Shown piece by piece: positions 47,804-56,649 of a stretch of DNA of 64,000 nucleotides. Numbering within the stretch: the first letter of the stretch is position 1; each line of letters opens with the position of its first letter. Under the pieces are notes generated by a model. The model worked only from the letters and a program-made list of their open reading frames with translations, did not search any database and was not told the origin of the DNA. A program made the translations under genes and the position numbers. The DNA comes from Escherichia phage LF82-9: the sequence record PV660452. One strand, given 5' to 3'.

Positions 47804-47850
47804 TTATTATCCAATGAGAGCATTATACTCTGCTCTCAAGAGTTTGTAAA
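47804..47850 (-). promoter_or_regulatory. early promoter with -10 inside a hairpin (copy B of 45-bp repeat)
   Basis: TTTACAAACTCTTGAGAGCAGAGTATAATGCTCTCATTGGATAATAAA. Confidence 0.5.
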
Positions 47851-48078
47851 TTATTTTTTAATCAAATTGACATAAAACTTGGCGTCTTCGGGGTGCATGC
47901 CTTCGCAGTATTCTTCAACCATGAAATTCTTAACAGCTTCATAAGGACCACTCAGATTAAGCTCAGTTGTCCAAAACTTGGAATCTTGGACTGAATCGAT
48001 ACGAACTTCAGGATGACGATTGCGAATAACTTCTTCGGTGTATTCATAATCAACGACATCAATACTAACTTTAGCCAT
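47851..48078 (-). CDS. hypothetical protein
   Basis: 75-aa ORF. Confidence 0.45.
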   Translation of the reverse strand: MAKVSIDVVDYEYTEEVIRNRHPEVRIDSVQDSKFWTTELNLSGPYEAVKNFMVEEYCEGMHPEDAKFYVNLIKK

Positions 48079-48103
48079 TTTGTTTCTCCTCTTGATTTGA
48101 TGT

Positions 48104-48137
48104 GATTACTATAACATAAACGTACTTAGATGTAAAT
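48104..48137 (-). promoter_or_regulatory. early promoter cassette
   Basis: ATTTACA N17 TATAGT. Confidence 0.4.
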
Positions 48138-48290
48138 TATTTCAACGTCACCTTTAGCGGCTTTATAACCTTCAGCCCAAGATACAACAGAGTTTTTATC
48201 TGAGGATTCAAATTCAGGCATTGGACTTTCACCAATATTCACACAGTATGTTTCTTCATTTTCATCGAACCAAATAATTAAAGTAGTCAT
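48126..48290 (-). CDS. small acidic protein (54 aa), not in ORF track
   Basis: Hand translation MTTLIIWFDENEETYCVNIGESPMPEFESSDKNSVVSWAEGYKAAKGDVEIIYI; GGAGTAAACAAA SD. Confidence 0.4.
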   Translation of the reverse strand: MTTLIIWFDENEETYCVNIGESPMPEFESSDKNSVVSWAEGYKAAKGDVEIIYI

Positions 48291-48311
48291 TTTGTTTACT
48301 CCTTTGTAGTT

Positions 48312-48350
48312 GATAAGTCTATAGTATCACCATCCTTGGTGCTTGTACAC
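48312..48350 (-). promoter_or_regulatory. early promoter/stem-loop cassette
   Basis: TGTACA-type -35 with hairpin CACCAAGGATGGTG and -10 TACTAT. Confidence 0.35.
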
Positions 48351-48352
48351 AA

Positions 48353-48616
48353 TTATTTCATATTATTGAAATATTCTTCTGCGATTTCGTCGTTATCATG
48401 GTAAACTTTAGAAGACAGTTTAACATAACCTTCTGCCGTGAACATGTTAATCACAACCTTTACAGTATACCACTGACCGTCTTCATTACCCATTACTGCG
48501 TAAGTTTCAAACATCGGATGATCAGGACCAATAACTTTAATATCATTCACTGTACGACCGAAATCTTCTGAAACACATTTCATAAAGAAGTTGAACAGTT
48601 CGCCGTAATTATCCAT
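48353..48616 (-). CDS. hypothetical protein (ATG with GGAG SD)
   Basis: MDNYGELFNFFMKCV... Confidence 0.45.
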   Translation of the reverse strand: MDNYGELFNFFMKCVSEDFGRTVNDIKVIGPDHPMFETYAVMGNEDGQWYTVKVVINMFTAEGYVKLSSKVYHDNDEIAEEYFNNMK

Positions 48617-48650
48617 TTCATTCTCCAAATTGTTTTCTGTATCAGTAGTT

Positions 48651-48689
48651 GATAGTTGTATAGTACCATGGAAGAACAGGGATGTAAAC
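48651..48689 (-). promoter_or_regulatory. early promoter/stem-loop cassette
   Basis: GTTTACA N17 TACTAT. Confidence 0.45.
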
Positions 48690-48827
48690 AGTTTTGTGAA
48701 AAAATTTTTTAAAAAGTTTTAGGGAATTCTAGGGTCAGGAGGGACAATTAAAAGGTAGGATAATATATTATAAAGGGTATAAACTAAATGATGCCCAGAG
48801 AGGCCCGGAAAGGCCTAGATACCAAAA

Positions 48828-48851
48828 AGCCCCAACCTTTCGGCTGGGGCT
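48828..48851 (-). terminator. conserved terminator hairpin, copy 3 of 4
   Basis: AGCCCCAGCC-GAAA-GGTTGGGGCT then T5. Confidence 0.5.
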
Positions 48852-48858
48852 AAGAATG

Positions 48859-49332
48859 TTATATGATTTGTTTAGCAGACCAAATGCGGTCTTTAATAAT
48901 TTTTTGGATGTCTTCAACATATTCAAGAGAGTGAACATGTGGGTTATCTTTGAAACTATAAGCACGAGCTAGCTTTTGGCCTTCAGTTTTGATTATCAAA
49001 AGTTCTTTAAGAATTGCTTCATACCTAGAGATAATTCCTTTAGCAATATTTTTTTCTTGTGCTGCTTTAGGGTCAGCCTTAGGAGCAGGTTTACCTGAAG
49101 CCTTTGCAAAAGCAGCTCCAGTAGCAACTAAACTTTTCCAAGCCATACTAACTGCATTCCCTGTAAATCCTTCGGCTTTCATATCACGAGCAAATTGGAA
49201 TCGTGATTCATCGGAAGCATCTTTATAGGAATATTTACCCGCGGCAATGGCAGCTTTTGCAACAGCTTGAATTTCAGTGCTAGATGCTTCATTTAACACC
49301 GCTTCATTTAAAAATTGAGCATATGATTTCAT
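48859..49332 (-). CDS. internal protein-like with capsid-targeting N-terminus
   Basis: N-terminus MKSYAQFLNEA; Ala/Lys-rich. Confidence 0.55.
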   Translation of the reverse strand: MKSYAQFLNEAVLNEASSTEIQAVAKAAIAAGKYSYKDASDESRFQFARDMKAEGFTGNAVSMAWKSLVATGAAFAKASGKPAPKADPKAAQEKNIAKGIISRYEAILKELLIIKTEGQKLARAYSFKDNPHVHSLEYVEDIQKIIKDRIWSAKQII

Positions 49333-49368
49333 CTTATTTCCTGTTTTAATTCGTGGTTTTAATATACT

Positions 49369-49376
49369 TATTTATA
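49369..49376 (-). promoter_or_regulatory. late promoter TATAAATA
   Basis: Exact TATAAATA on minus strand 37 nt upstream of ATG at 49332. Confidence 0.45.
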
Positions 49377-49382
49377 CTAAAA

Positions 49383-49406
49383 AGCCCCAACCTTTCGGTC
49401 GGGGCT
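49383..49406 (-). terminator. conserved terminator hairpin, copy 4 of 4
   Basis: AGCCCCGACC-GAAA-GGTTGGGGCT then T5. Confidence 0.5.
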
Positions 49407-49458
49407 AAGCCTTGCGGCAACCTTGTCGGGGTTCCACCTGCTAAGGCAAGTGTTTGTA

Positions 49459-49549
49459 CGAAACGCCGGGATTCGAACCCGGTTATTAAGCAGTTGACGC
49501 TACTCAATATTTTTAAAAGGCCATATCTCGACCATATCCGAACGTTCCG
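49459..49549 (-). ncRNA. tRNA-like element / candidate small stable RNA (not a canonical tRNA)
   Basis: Perfect T-arm CCGGG-TTCGAAT-CCCGG and a 7-bp acceptor-like pairing 49543..49549 with 49459..49465, but 91 nt long and no canonical D/anticodon arms. Confidence 0.3.
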
Positions 49550-49693
49550 TCAAAAACGCTACTCGGCTTACGGCAAAGATATTTCCTCGAATCGATAATT
49601 CGGTGCGCCGTTTCTGCTGTGATGTAAGAGGGCATCAATAAACGCAAAGATTATTAACGCAATTCCTTACTCAGGGAACATCAGTCCGACGAC

Positions 49694-50248
49694 TTACCGG
49701 TAGCGACCCGGTTTCTCATTTGGTATTTCAAATTGTGTAGATTTAGTATCTAATTTTTTAACTATGGAACTTATGTCATGAAAGAAAAACCATTCACCAT
49801 TTATATGGTCCTGATTATAAATGCTGTGCATATATTTTTCAAGTTCTACTGCATCCTGGGAATATCTAAATGATACTATTTTAAAACTTTTAAACGGTGA
49901 AAATGTATTTGCTGTTATAACTCTAACATCAGGTTCTATACTTCTTCCTATTTTATAATAATTAGGATTTGTAGTATCTACCATTATGTATACGAAAGCC
50001 TGTCGATAGCTTTTTTCTATATCAAATTCATCTTTAAATTTCAAAAGATTTAGGGCGGCAGTCCTACAAAATACTTTCCATTTTGACAAGCGTTTGGCTT
50101 CAGTCATAGAAAAGAATTTTTTCTTATCTGTTATTTTAAGAAAAGCAACATTTTCAATTAGTTCTTGTGTTATTTCAAAATTACCATGGTATATTAATCC
50201 AGCTTTTATAGCCAAATTAATTTGGTCCCAGTCTACATCACTTCTCAT
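49694..50248 (-). CDS. T5orf172/GIY-YIG-like domain protein inside the tRNA region (candidate homing-endonuclease-like gene)
   Basis: Motif FVYIMVDTTNPNYYKIGRSIEPDVRV resembles VYxL..N...YKIG.T....R core; AT-rich ORF; sits where T4 has segB. Confidence 0.4.
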   Translation of the reverse strand: MRSDVDWDQINLAIKAGLIYHGNFEITQELIENVAFLKITDKKKFFSMTEAKRLSKWKVFCRTAALNLLKFKDEFDIEKSYRQAFVYIMVDTTNPNYYKIGRSIEPDVRVITANTFSPFKSFKIVSFRYSQDAVELEKYMHSIYNQDHINGEWFFFHDISSIVKKLDTKSTQFEIPNEKPGRYR

Positions 50249-50269
50249 AATATTATTCTCTCAATAATT

Positions 50270-50346
50270 TGGTCAGGGTGAAAGGATTCTAACCTTTAAC
50301 CTGCGGTTTAGAGGACCGCTACTCTATACAATTGAGTTACACCCCG
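50270..50346 (-). tRNA. tRNA-Arg (anticodon UCU)
   Basis: Hand-folded cloverleaf; T-loop TTAGAAT; anticodon loop CCTCTAA (C at position 33 atypical); CCA encoded. Confidence 0.6.
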
Positions 50347-50472
50347 TAATTAGTTCACAGCAATACCTACTCCAACAATCAAGATGTCTTCACACGAAAT
50401 TAAGAGAAGTGTGATCAGTTCAACCCCTATAATCGCGTCAAGTAGATATTAATGTGACAGTTGTCACAAGTT

Positions 50473-50547
50473 TGGCGGACATGCATGGATTCGAACCATG
50501 GACCAATTGATTAACAGTCAACTGCTCTACCACTGAGCTACACATCC
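50473..50547 (-). tRNA. tRNA-Asn (anticodon GUU)
   Basis: Cloverleaf with D-arm GCTCAGTGGTAGAGC, anticodon loop CTGTTAA, T-arm CATGGTTCGAATCCATG, CCA encoded. Confidence 0.7.
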
Positions 50548-50551
50548 AAAT

Positions 50552-50638
50552 TGGTGGGGAGTGGTGGAGTCGAACCACCCGAGTCGCAATGACAATGAAT
50601 TTACAGTCCACACCGCTACCTCTACGGGATAACTCCCC
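50552..50638 (-). tRNA. tRNA-Tyr (anticodon GUA), long variable arm
   Basis: Acceptor GGGGAGT/ACTCCCC, anticodon loop CTGTAAA, T-arm GGTGGTTCGACTCCACC. Confidence 0.6.
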
Positions 50639-50644
50639 TTAATT

Positions 50645-50719
50645 TGGTGGCCCTGGGTGGAATTGAACCACCATCTGGCGATTATGAGTCGCTTGCTTGA
50701 ACCTTCCAGCTACAGGGCC
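50645..50719 (-). tRNA. tRNA with CAU anticodon (Met or lysidine-modified Ile)
   Basis: Acceptor GGCCCTG/CAGGGCC, anticodon loop CTCATAA, T-loop TTCAATT. Confidence 0.6.
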
Positions 50720-50720
50720 T

Positions 50721-50796
50721 TGGTGCTGATTAACGGAATCGAACCGCCGACCTTCTCATTACAAGTGAGTTGCTCTACCTACTGAGCTAAATCAGC
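50721..50796 (-). tRNA. tRNA-Thr (anticodon UGU)
   Basis: Acceptor GCTGATT/AATCAGC, D-arm GCTCAGTAGGTAGAGC, anticodon loop CTTGTAA. Confidence 0.7.
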
Positions 50797-50801
50797 AAAA
50801 C

Positions 50802-50891
50802 TGGCGGAGGCGATAGGATTTGAACCTATGAGTCGCCGGAGCGACTGCCGGTTTTCAAGACCGGTGCATTAAACCACTCTGCCACGCCTCC
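50802..50891 (-). tRNA. tRNA-Ser (anticodon UGA), long variable arm
   Basis: Acceptor GGAGGCG/CGCCTCC, anticodon stem-loop CCGGT-CTTGAAA-ACCGG. Confidence 0.7.
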
Positions 50892-50893
50892 AG

Positions 50894-50967
50894 TCTCCAT
50901 ACAAGGATTTGAACCTTGGACCTCCTGATCCCAAATCAGGCGCTCTACCAAACTGAGCTACACGGAG
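50894..50967 (-). tRNA. tRNA-Pro (anticodon UGG)
   Basis: Acceptor CTCCGTG/TATGGAG, anticodon loop TTTGGGA, T-arm CAAGGTTCAAATCCTTG; CCA not encoded. Confidence 0.7.
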
Positions 50968-50977
50968 TAAATTAAAT

Positions 50978-51051
<74 letters not shown>

Positions 51052-51056
51052 AAATT

Positions 51057-51143
51057 TGGTGCGAGAAGTGGGACTCGAACCCACAAGGAAATCATTCCGC
51101 AGCATTTTAAGTGCTGTGCCTTTACCAATTTGACCATTCTCGC
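51057..51143 (-). tRNA. tRNA-Leu (anticodon UAA), long variable arm
   Basis: Acceptor GCGAGAA, anticodon loop CTTAAAA, T-arm GTGGGTTCGAGTCCCAC, CCA encoded. Confidence 0.75.
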
Positions 51144-51144
51144 G

Positions 51145-51217
51145 CTGGGAATAAAGGACTCGAACCTTTGCATCCTGGAATCAAAATCCAGTGCCTTACC
51201 AACTTGGCTAATTCCCA
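51145..51217 (-). tRNA. tRNA-Gln (anticodon UUG)
   Basis: Acceptor TGGGAAT/ATTCCCA, anticodon loop TTTTGAT, abuts tRNA-Leu with 1-nt spacer as in T4 Gln-Leu dimer. Confidence 0.75.
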
Positions 51218-51303
51218 ATTATTAACAAAGGCTCTCAAACAAGAACCCTTGATGATAGAGGGTATTAATCAGTGCGGTATAAGTTAATAATAACAAATAA
51301 TTC

Positions 51304-51819
51304 TTAAAGCAAATTAAACATCTTAACGGTCGGCAAAACAATTTCTTCTTCTATATAAGAGTATTTAACACTCTCAACTACACGCAAAAAATCATAATCA
51401 TAATACTCAGAAGCATTACCTAAAATATTAATAAGTCCTTCAAGCACTTTATTACCATTCACAAAGAATAAGTCAAATACACGTTCTTCATCTTCTTCAG
51501 ATTTATTACCAAGGTCAACTTCTATATCAAAGACCTTTTTAATGAATTCTGGATAAAGTTGGTCTGAGAACAGTCCTTCAACCAAGTATTCATAGATAAA
51601 AAGCGATTGCTCACTGAACGAAGCATTACCACAATAGTGATCAACTTTTGTGCTAGAATGACGGCTTTTAAACTTCTTTAAAAGATATTGGAATTGTAAG
51701 ATTTCATGCTCTTCTACACCAAACAATGTTTTGGTTTTATAGTTGTCACCGTCATTTTCCCATGTAGTTACATCAATCACATAACCCTGCGGAATTGTAG
51801 TACCTAAACAAATATTCAT
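51304..51819 (-). CDS. hypothetical protein
   Basis: 171-aa ORF. Confidence 0.5.
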   Translation of the reverse strand: MNICLGTTIPQGYVIDVTTWENDGDNYKTKTLFGVEEHEILQFQYLLKKFKSRHSSTKVDHYCGNASFSEQSLFIYEYLVEGLFSDQLYPEFIKKVFDIEVDLGNKSEEDEERVFDLFFVNGNKVLEGLINILGNASEYYDYDFLRVVESVKYSYIEEEIVLPTVKMFNLL

Positions 51820-52109
51820 TTGCTCACCATATTAATGTAAGTATATTCAATACATTCAAGACCCAAAGGATTCTTGAAAATATCATATTCAAGAGGACCT
51901 TTTTCCGTTTCAATAAAGAAATCAAAATTTACTGTATTAAATTTACGGTCTTCCTTCACTAATTTAACTTGAGAAGATGAACGGTCAACATAAACCTTTT
52001 CAACTTCAAAACACGTTAAAACGCCATAATCATCAATCAAGGCTTTAGCTGCTTCTTGATCATATTTATATCCATTTTCAATGGATGATACTTTTGCATA
52101 AAGAATCAT
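51816..52109 (-). CDS. hypothetical protein
   Basis: 97-aa ORF. Confidence 0.45.
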   Translation of the reverse strand: MILYAKVSSIENGYKYDQEAAKALIDDYGVLTCFEVEKVYVDRSSSQVKLVKEDRKFNTVNFDFFIETEKGPLEYDIFKNPLGLECIEYTYINMVSK

Positions 52110-52111
52110 TG

Positions 52112-52522
52112 TCAGCCTCTATCAACGATAGCATGAGTATGGGCATTTACGATTTGCCACCAGTCGAAACGATTGGAACCATAATCTGGTTTATTTTCAT
52201 TTTCTTTAATGATATCACGCAGCTTATCTTCTGTTTCAGCATACGCAATTAAATCATCATATCCACCGCAAGGATAATAATTATCACCTGCGAATAAAAG
52301 AAAATTTACCTTAGATGGATTTACGTAATAATGGTCTTTAGGATATTTAGTTCCTCTCCAATCAGTTACTTCAACATAACGGTAAGAAAATCCATTTTTA
52401 CTTTCAATCCAACTCCACGCTTCAAAAGGAGTATTAAAAACTTTATCAGGTATTAAATTACCTTCAAAATGAGAAGGATTTGCATAATCCCCAGCATAAA
52501 CATAATATTCGTTAATACTCAT
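52112..52522 (-). CDS. hypothetical protein
   Basis: 136-aa ORF. Confidence 0.5.
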   Translation of the reverse strand: MSINEYYVYAGDYANPSHFEGNLIPDKVFNTPFEAWSWIESKNGFSYRYVEVTDWRGTKYPKDHYYVNPSKVNFLLFAGDNYYPCGGYDDLIAYAETEDKLRDIIKENENKPDYGSNRFDWWQIVNAHTHAIVDRG

Positions 52523-52708
52523 TTATTCACCTTTAGAAATTTTATCCATAACGATAGTGATTAAACCAATTAAAAATGCTACTACAAGTGAAAAAACATT
52601 TTCTGCTGTAGTTAATAATCCGCATATAAATCCAACAAACATTGAAAAACTAAAAGCAGAAGCAGAAATTGCAATAGCAACATTTCGAATTAATTCACAG
52701 CGTTTCAT
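52523..52708 (-). CDS. small membrane protein
   Basis: 61 aa, hydrophobic. Confidence 0.45.
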   Translation of the reverse strand: MKRCELIRNVAIAISASAFSFSMFVGFICGLLTTAENVFSLVVAFLIGLITIVMDKISKGE

Positions 52709-52727
52709 TTTATTCTCCTCAGTAGTT

Positions 52728-52766
52728 GATAGGGTAATAGTATCACAACTAAAACCCTATGTAAAC
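52728..52766 (-). promoter_or_regulatory. early promoter/stem-loop cassette
   Basis: GTTTACA N17 with inverted repeat TAGGGT/ACCCTA around -10. Confidence 0.45.
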
Positions 52767-52784
52767 AACTTTGTGAAAAATTTA

Positions 52785-53072
52785 TTACAAAAGATTTTTA
52801 GCAATAATTTTAAGCTGAGCTACTGAAATATGCTTGGCTTTAAACAAAGCAGTTTCTTCAGCAGGGGAGATAACGATTGTAGCACCATCTTTCTTAGCGG
52901 ACCATCCATCACCAAGGTAAACAGTACCTTTGACTTCTTCTCCATCAACCAGGCTAATCATCGGTTTACCTTCACGTCCTTTGTTTGCTTTAATAACTTC
53001 GGAAGTAAGGGTCGCTTCGGTCAGAGTAGAAACGTTAGCATCAGGTGATATAAATTCTTTATAGGTTTTCAT
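52785..53072 (-). CDS. internal protein I-like (capsid-targeting N-terminus)
   Basis: N-terminus MKTYKEFIS; 95 aa; position upstream of 57B as T4 ipI. Confidence 0.6.
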   Translation of the reverse strand: MKTYKEFISPDANVSTLTEATLTSEVIKANKGREGKPMISLVDGEEVKGTVYLGDGWSAKKDGATIVISPAEETALFKAKHISVAQLKIIAKNLL

Positions 53073-53098
53073 TTTATTTCCTTGAGGTTGTTTATTTT

Positions 53099-53136
53099 AT
53101 AGGATGATAGTAACACACCATCATCCTTATGTAAAC
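53099..53136 (-). promoter_or_regulatory. early promoter/stem-loop cassette
   Basis: GTTTACA TAAGGATGATGGTGTGT TACTAT with inverted repeat GGATGAT/ATCATCC. Confidence 0.45.
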
Positions 53137-53149
53137 TGTTTTGTGAAAA

Positions 53150-53835
<686 letters not shown>

Positions 53836-53839
53836 TTTA

Positions 53840-54574
53840 TTACCTTAAGATTTTTTCAATTTTAGAATAAAGCTCTTCTAACGAGCCGTCGTTTGTAATA
53901 ACTAAGTCGCCTTCTTCAATAGGCAACCCAGCTTCTGTAATATGTTTATCAGTGGATTCCGTACCAGAGCGAACCACATGAATAACTGTAGCACCCATCG
54001 CTCTAGCGGTTTCCATTTCATGGACTTGTCGTGTATCGGTCACAACGTAGTAATCGAAATCACTTCCAATATAATCCATATAGTTTAATGCAAAAAGCTT
54101 AACCCAATACATACGGTCAAATAAATTAACGACAACATCCGTACCGAGGGCTTGCATAAGACGGCGGATCGACCATGTGTCGTTGATATTATTTATAGCT
54201 TCACGCAGGGCTTCATATGGTTTAATATCTAGATATGAATATCCACCTTCTAACGATGATAATACTTTAACATTATTAATTGGTAAATATTGACTTTGCA
54301 AATAAATTAGCGCTTCTTCCAATAATTCAATAACATCCAACTTATTGAGATTTAATGGTGTTTCACGGTCGTATCCAATGCCTTCAAAGTATTCGTATTT
54401 CAACTCTGTGAATACATCAGGATTTTCAGCATGTCTACGTCCCCAGGCTATTGCTAGAGCGTCTTTAATTGGATATGCTAATTGGTATTTTACGGATTTA
54501 AAGTTTGAATTGATGTAATCAGCAGTAGTGTCTTTACCACTACGTTTGATGCCACTTAAAAAGATTAGCTCCAT
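53840..54574 (-). CDS. 1: deoxynucleoside monophosphate kinase gp1
   Basis: MELIFLSGIKRSGKDTTADYI.. close to T4 gp1 P-loop. Confidence 0.93.
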   Translation of the reverse strand: MELIFLSGIKRSGKDTTADYINSNFKSVKYQLAYPIKDALAIAWGRRHAENPDVFTELKYEYFEGIGYDRETPLNLNKLDVIELLEEALIYLQSQYLPINNVKVLSSLEGGYSYLDIKPYEALREAINNINDTWSIRRLMQALGTDVVVNLFDRMYWVKLFALNYMDYIGSDFDYYVVTDTRQVHEMETARAMGATVIHVVRSGTESTDKHITEAGLPIEEGDLVITNDGSLEELYSKIEKILR

Positions 54575-54627
54575 AGGTTTTCCTCATATAATTTATAAGT
54601 GATTATAACATACGGAGCTAGAAGCGA

Positions 54628-55212
54628 TTAACGCAAGGAAGGGTGTCTAGAAATGGATTTAGATTCGGCTGCTTGACGAGGCTGTTGAGATACAATGACT
54701 TCGCCGTCTTTTTCTATCGTCATATACGCGTAGTGAATAGTTGCTACGCACGTAACGGCAGGATCAGAATCTTCAGTGTAACTAAATTCAATTTCGCTCA
54801 AATCAGAAATCCATGGTTTATAGAAATTTGCCGTCAAAACGACTTCAGTCTTATTGTTGTTTAAAATGTGCAAAGTAACAAACTCAGGACCATCGGCATG
54901 GGCTGTATTATGACCGGTTATATAGTTATTAGTGCTGAGCATCCATTTATACATGTTCATCCAGGACGTCATGTCTTCATCAACTATAAATCGTACAATA
55001 AAAGGGTCATATTCAAATGTAGTGCCTGCGCGCATTGCACGTCCTAACCCCATTGTGCCTGTCACAGTTTCAACAACAGGAATTCTCACACCTGGCAATG
55101 GTGCCGTTTGGGCATTGAGCACAAAACCTGAAGTTCGTGTACTATCTGGGATATCCACAACAAAGTTTGTTATATTTGTTTGGTTAAAAATCTGTCTCGT
55201 TGGACGAGTCAT
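54628..55212 (-). CDS. 3: tail completion/sheath stabiliser gp3
   Basis: MTRPTRQIFNQTNITNFVVDIPDSTRTSGFVLNAQTAPLPG similar to T4 gp3; ATG at 55212 with GAGGTG SD. Confidence 0.85.
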   Translation of the reverse strand: MTRPTRQIFNQTNITNFVVDIPDSTRTSGFVLNAQTAPLPGVRIPVVETVTGTMGLGRAMRAGTTFEYDPFIVRFIVDEDMTSWMNMYKWMLSTNNYITGHNTAHADGPEFVTLHILNNNKTEVVLTANFYKPWISDLSEIEFSYTEDSDPAVTCVATIHYAYMTIEKDGEVIVSQQPRQAAESKSISRHPSLR

Positions 55213-55314
55213 AAGCACCTCAAAAACGCTTTAATAAAAATACAGTATAATGGTTTTAGGTCTCTTCCATTAATCCGGTTCAACAGAATATCAGAAGAAC
55301 GGAAGAGAATAGAA

Positions 55315-56136
55315 TTAAGATTTCCAAACAGTATTCGCAGAGAAACGTTTTCCTTTTGACATAAATTGCTGAGTAGGTAACATGATTATGTTAGCCCAGT
55401 CTTTAGGAGCGATTTCTGTTATTGTTCCTCTAATGTGGCCTGGCAGGTATGCTTTAATCATTTTGTCAGCACCTTGAAATCCTTTCACCTTGCTCCAGTC
55501 TATCTTCAACTTTGTGTTATTAGTAATAGTAGTTGTGCTAGCATATTGCTTCAGCAATTCTTCAAGAAACTGTTGACGTGCTTTAGGTGGGATATAGTGC
55601 AAGTTTAACCCGTACATCAAATTATGTTTACCTAATCCTAAATAAATAATCAAAGGATATCGGTCCCAGTATGGCAGAGTATCTTTATGTTTAGCATCAT
55701 ACACGTAAGTATAAATTTTGCCTGGTGTAGGCTTGACTACTTTGTGACCTTTTACACTTTTCTTAATTGTTTCAACAAACCACTTAGATGATTTGTTGTT
55801 TACTGCTGCGCCTTCATTTCTAATCTTTTCTCGTATTGAACTGCGAAACGAGTTTATCATCAGAAGTTGTCGTTCTTGCTTATTGAGTTTATTTTTAGGT
55901 TTGGATTCAAGCGTTTCAATTTTCTGTGCAGTCTTAATAGATGATGCATATCTAGACATTGCAGATGTAAACGACGAGTATTTTATTCCTTTTGATTCTG
56001 CAAATGCTTTTGCAGTGATTCCTTTCTCTTTAGCTTTCTTGTATTCTAATCCTATCTCAATCCATTTTCTTTCATTCATAGACTGAGCAATCTTAGGGGC
56101 TTGTACGCCTTCAGATATAATTTGGAATATGCTCAT
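55315..56136 (-). CDS. 2: DNA end protector gp2
   Basis: 273 aa; synteny 3-2-4. Confidence 0.85.
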   Translation of the reverse strand: MSIFQIISEGVQAPKIAQSMNERKWIEIGLEYKKAKEKGITAKAFAESKGIKYSSFTSAMSRYASSIKTAQKIETLESKPKNKLNKQERQLLMINSFRSSIREKIRNEGAAVNNKSSKWFVETIKKSVKGHKVVKPTPGKIYTYVYDAKHKDTLPYWDRYPLIIYLGLGKHNLMYGLNLHYIPPKARQQFLEELLKQYASTTTITNNTKLKIDWSKVKGFQGADKMIKAYLPGHIRGTITEIAPKDWANIIMLPTQQFMSKGKRFSANTVWKS

Positions 56137-56138
56137 AA

Positions 56139-56588
56139 TTACCCCTTGTATCCGAGTTTCCTAAGTCCGTCTTCGGTTAGAACTCGAAATTTTATATTTC
56201 TCTTTTCTGCGACAGCAGAAGCAGCTTTCCATTTGTCGCAGTTCACAGACCAGGTGTATATTTCATTCATATAACGTTTCTTTGCTGCGGTCGTAAGATT
56301 TGCAGGCTTAATAGGTGGTTGAGTTTCTTTCTTTGGTTTTATTTCTACAAAGAACTCTTGACCTGATGCATCTTTCATCCATATGTCCATATAGTATCGA
56401 CGTTTCTTACCTTCAGCATTACAAAAATATGGAATTACGGCTGTTTCACTACCCCATGCAATAATTTCCGGATTTTTATCCAACCATTCGAAAAAGAATT
56501 TTTCCCAGTTTGAACGATACGTTATTTTGGTATGGTCTCCACGGTATTTTTTTAAATTTTTTGGGACCCATTTACCAGAGTAGGCCAT
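56139..56588 (-). CDS. 4: head completion protein gp4
   Basis: 149 aa; synteny. Confidence 0.85.
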   Translation of the reverse strand: MAYSGKWVPKNLKKYRGDHTKITYRSNWEKFFFEWLDKNPEIIAWGSETAVIPYFCNAEGKKRRYYMDIWMKDASGQEFFVEIKPKKETQPPIKPANLTTAAKKRYMNEIYTWSVNCDKWKAASAVAEKRNIKFRVLTEDGLRKLGYKG

Positions 56589-56599
56589 GTTGTCCTCCT

Positions 56600-56607
56600 T
56601 ATAAATA
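56600..56607 (+). promoter_or_regulatory. late promoter TATAAATA for genes 53-5-6
   Basis: Exact TATAAATA on plus strand about 43 nt upstream of gene 53 start. Confidence 0.5.
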
Positions 56608-56614
56608 GTATTAT

Positions 56615-56622
56615 TATTTATA
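56615..56622 (-). promoter_or_regulatory. late promoter TATAAATA for gene 4 (divergent)
   Basis: Exact TATAAATA on minus strand about 27 nt upstream of gene 4 ATG. Confidence 0.5.
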
Positions 56623-56649
56623 CCAATTTAATATTGGAAGGAGACTATT

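Noticed and set aside
48768-48965. Track ORF 48768..48965 (65 aa, minus strand)
   Set aside because: Spans the terminator hairpins and overlaps the 3-prime end of the IP-like gene in another frame; no SD; likely spurious.
49459-49549. Calling the T-arm-containing element a standard tRNA gene
   Set aside because: Although a T-arm and a 7-bp acceptor-like pairing exist, the 91-nt span cannot be folded into D and anticodon arms; kept only as a low-confidence tRNA-like element.
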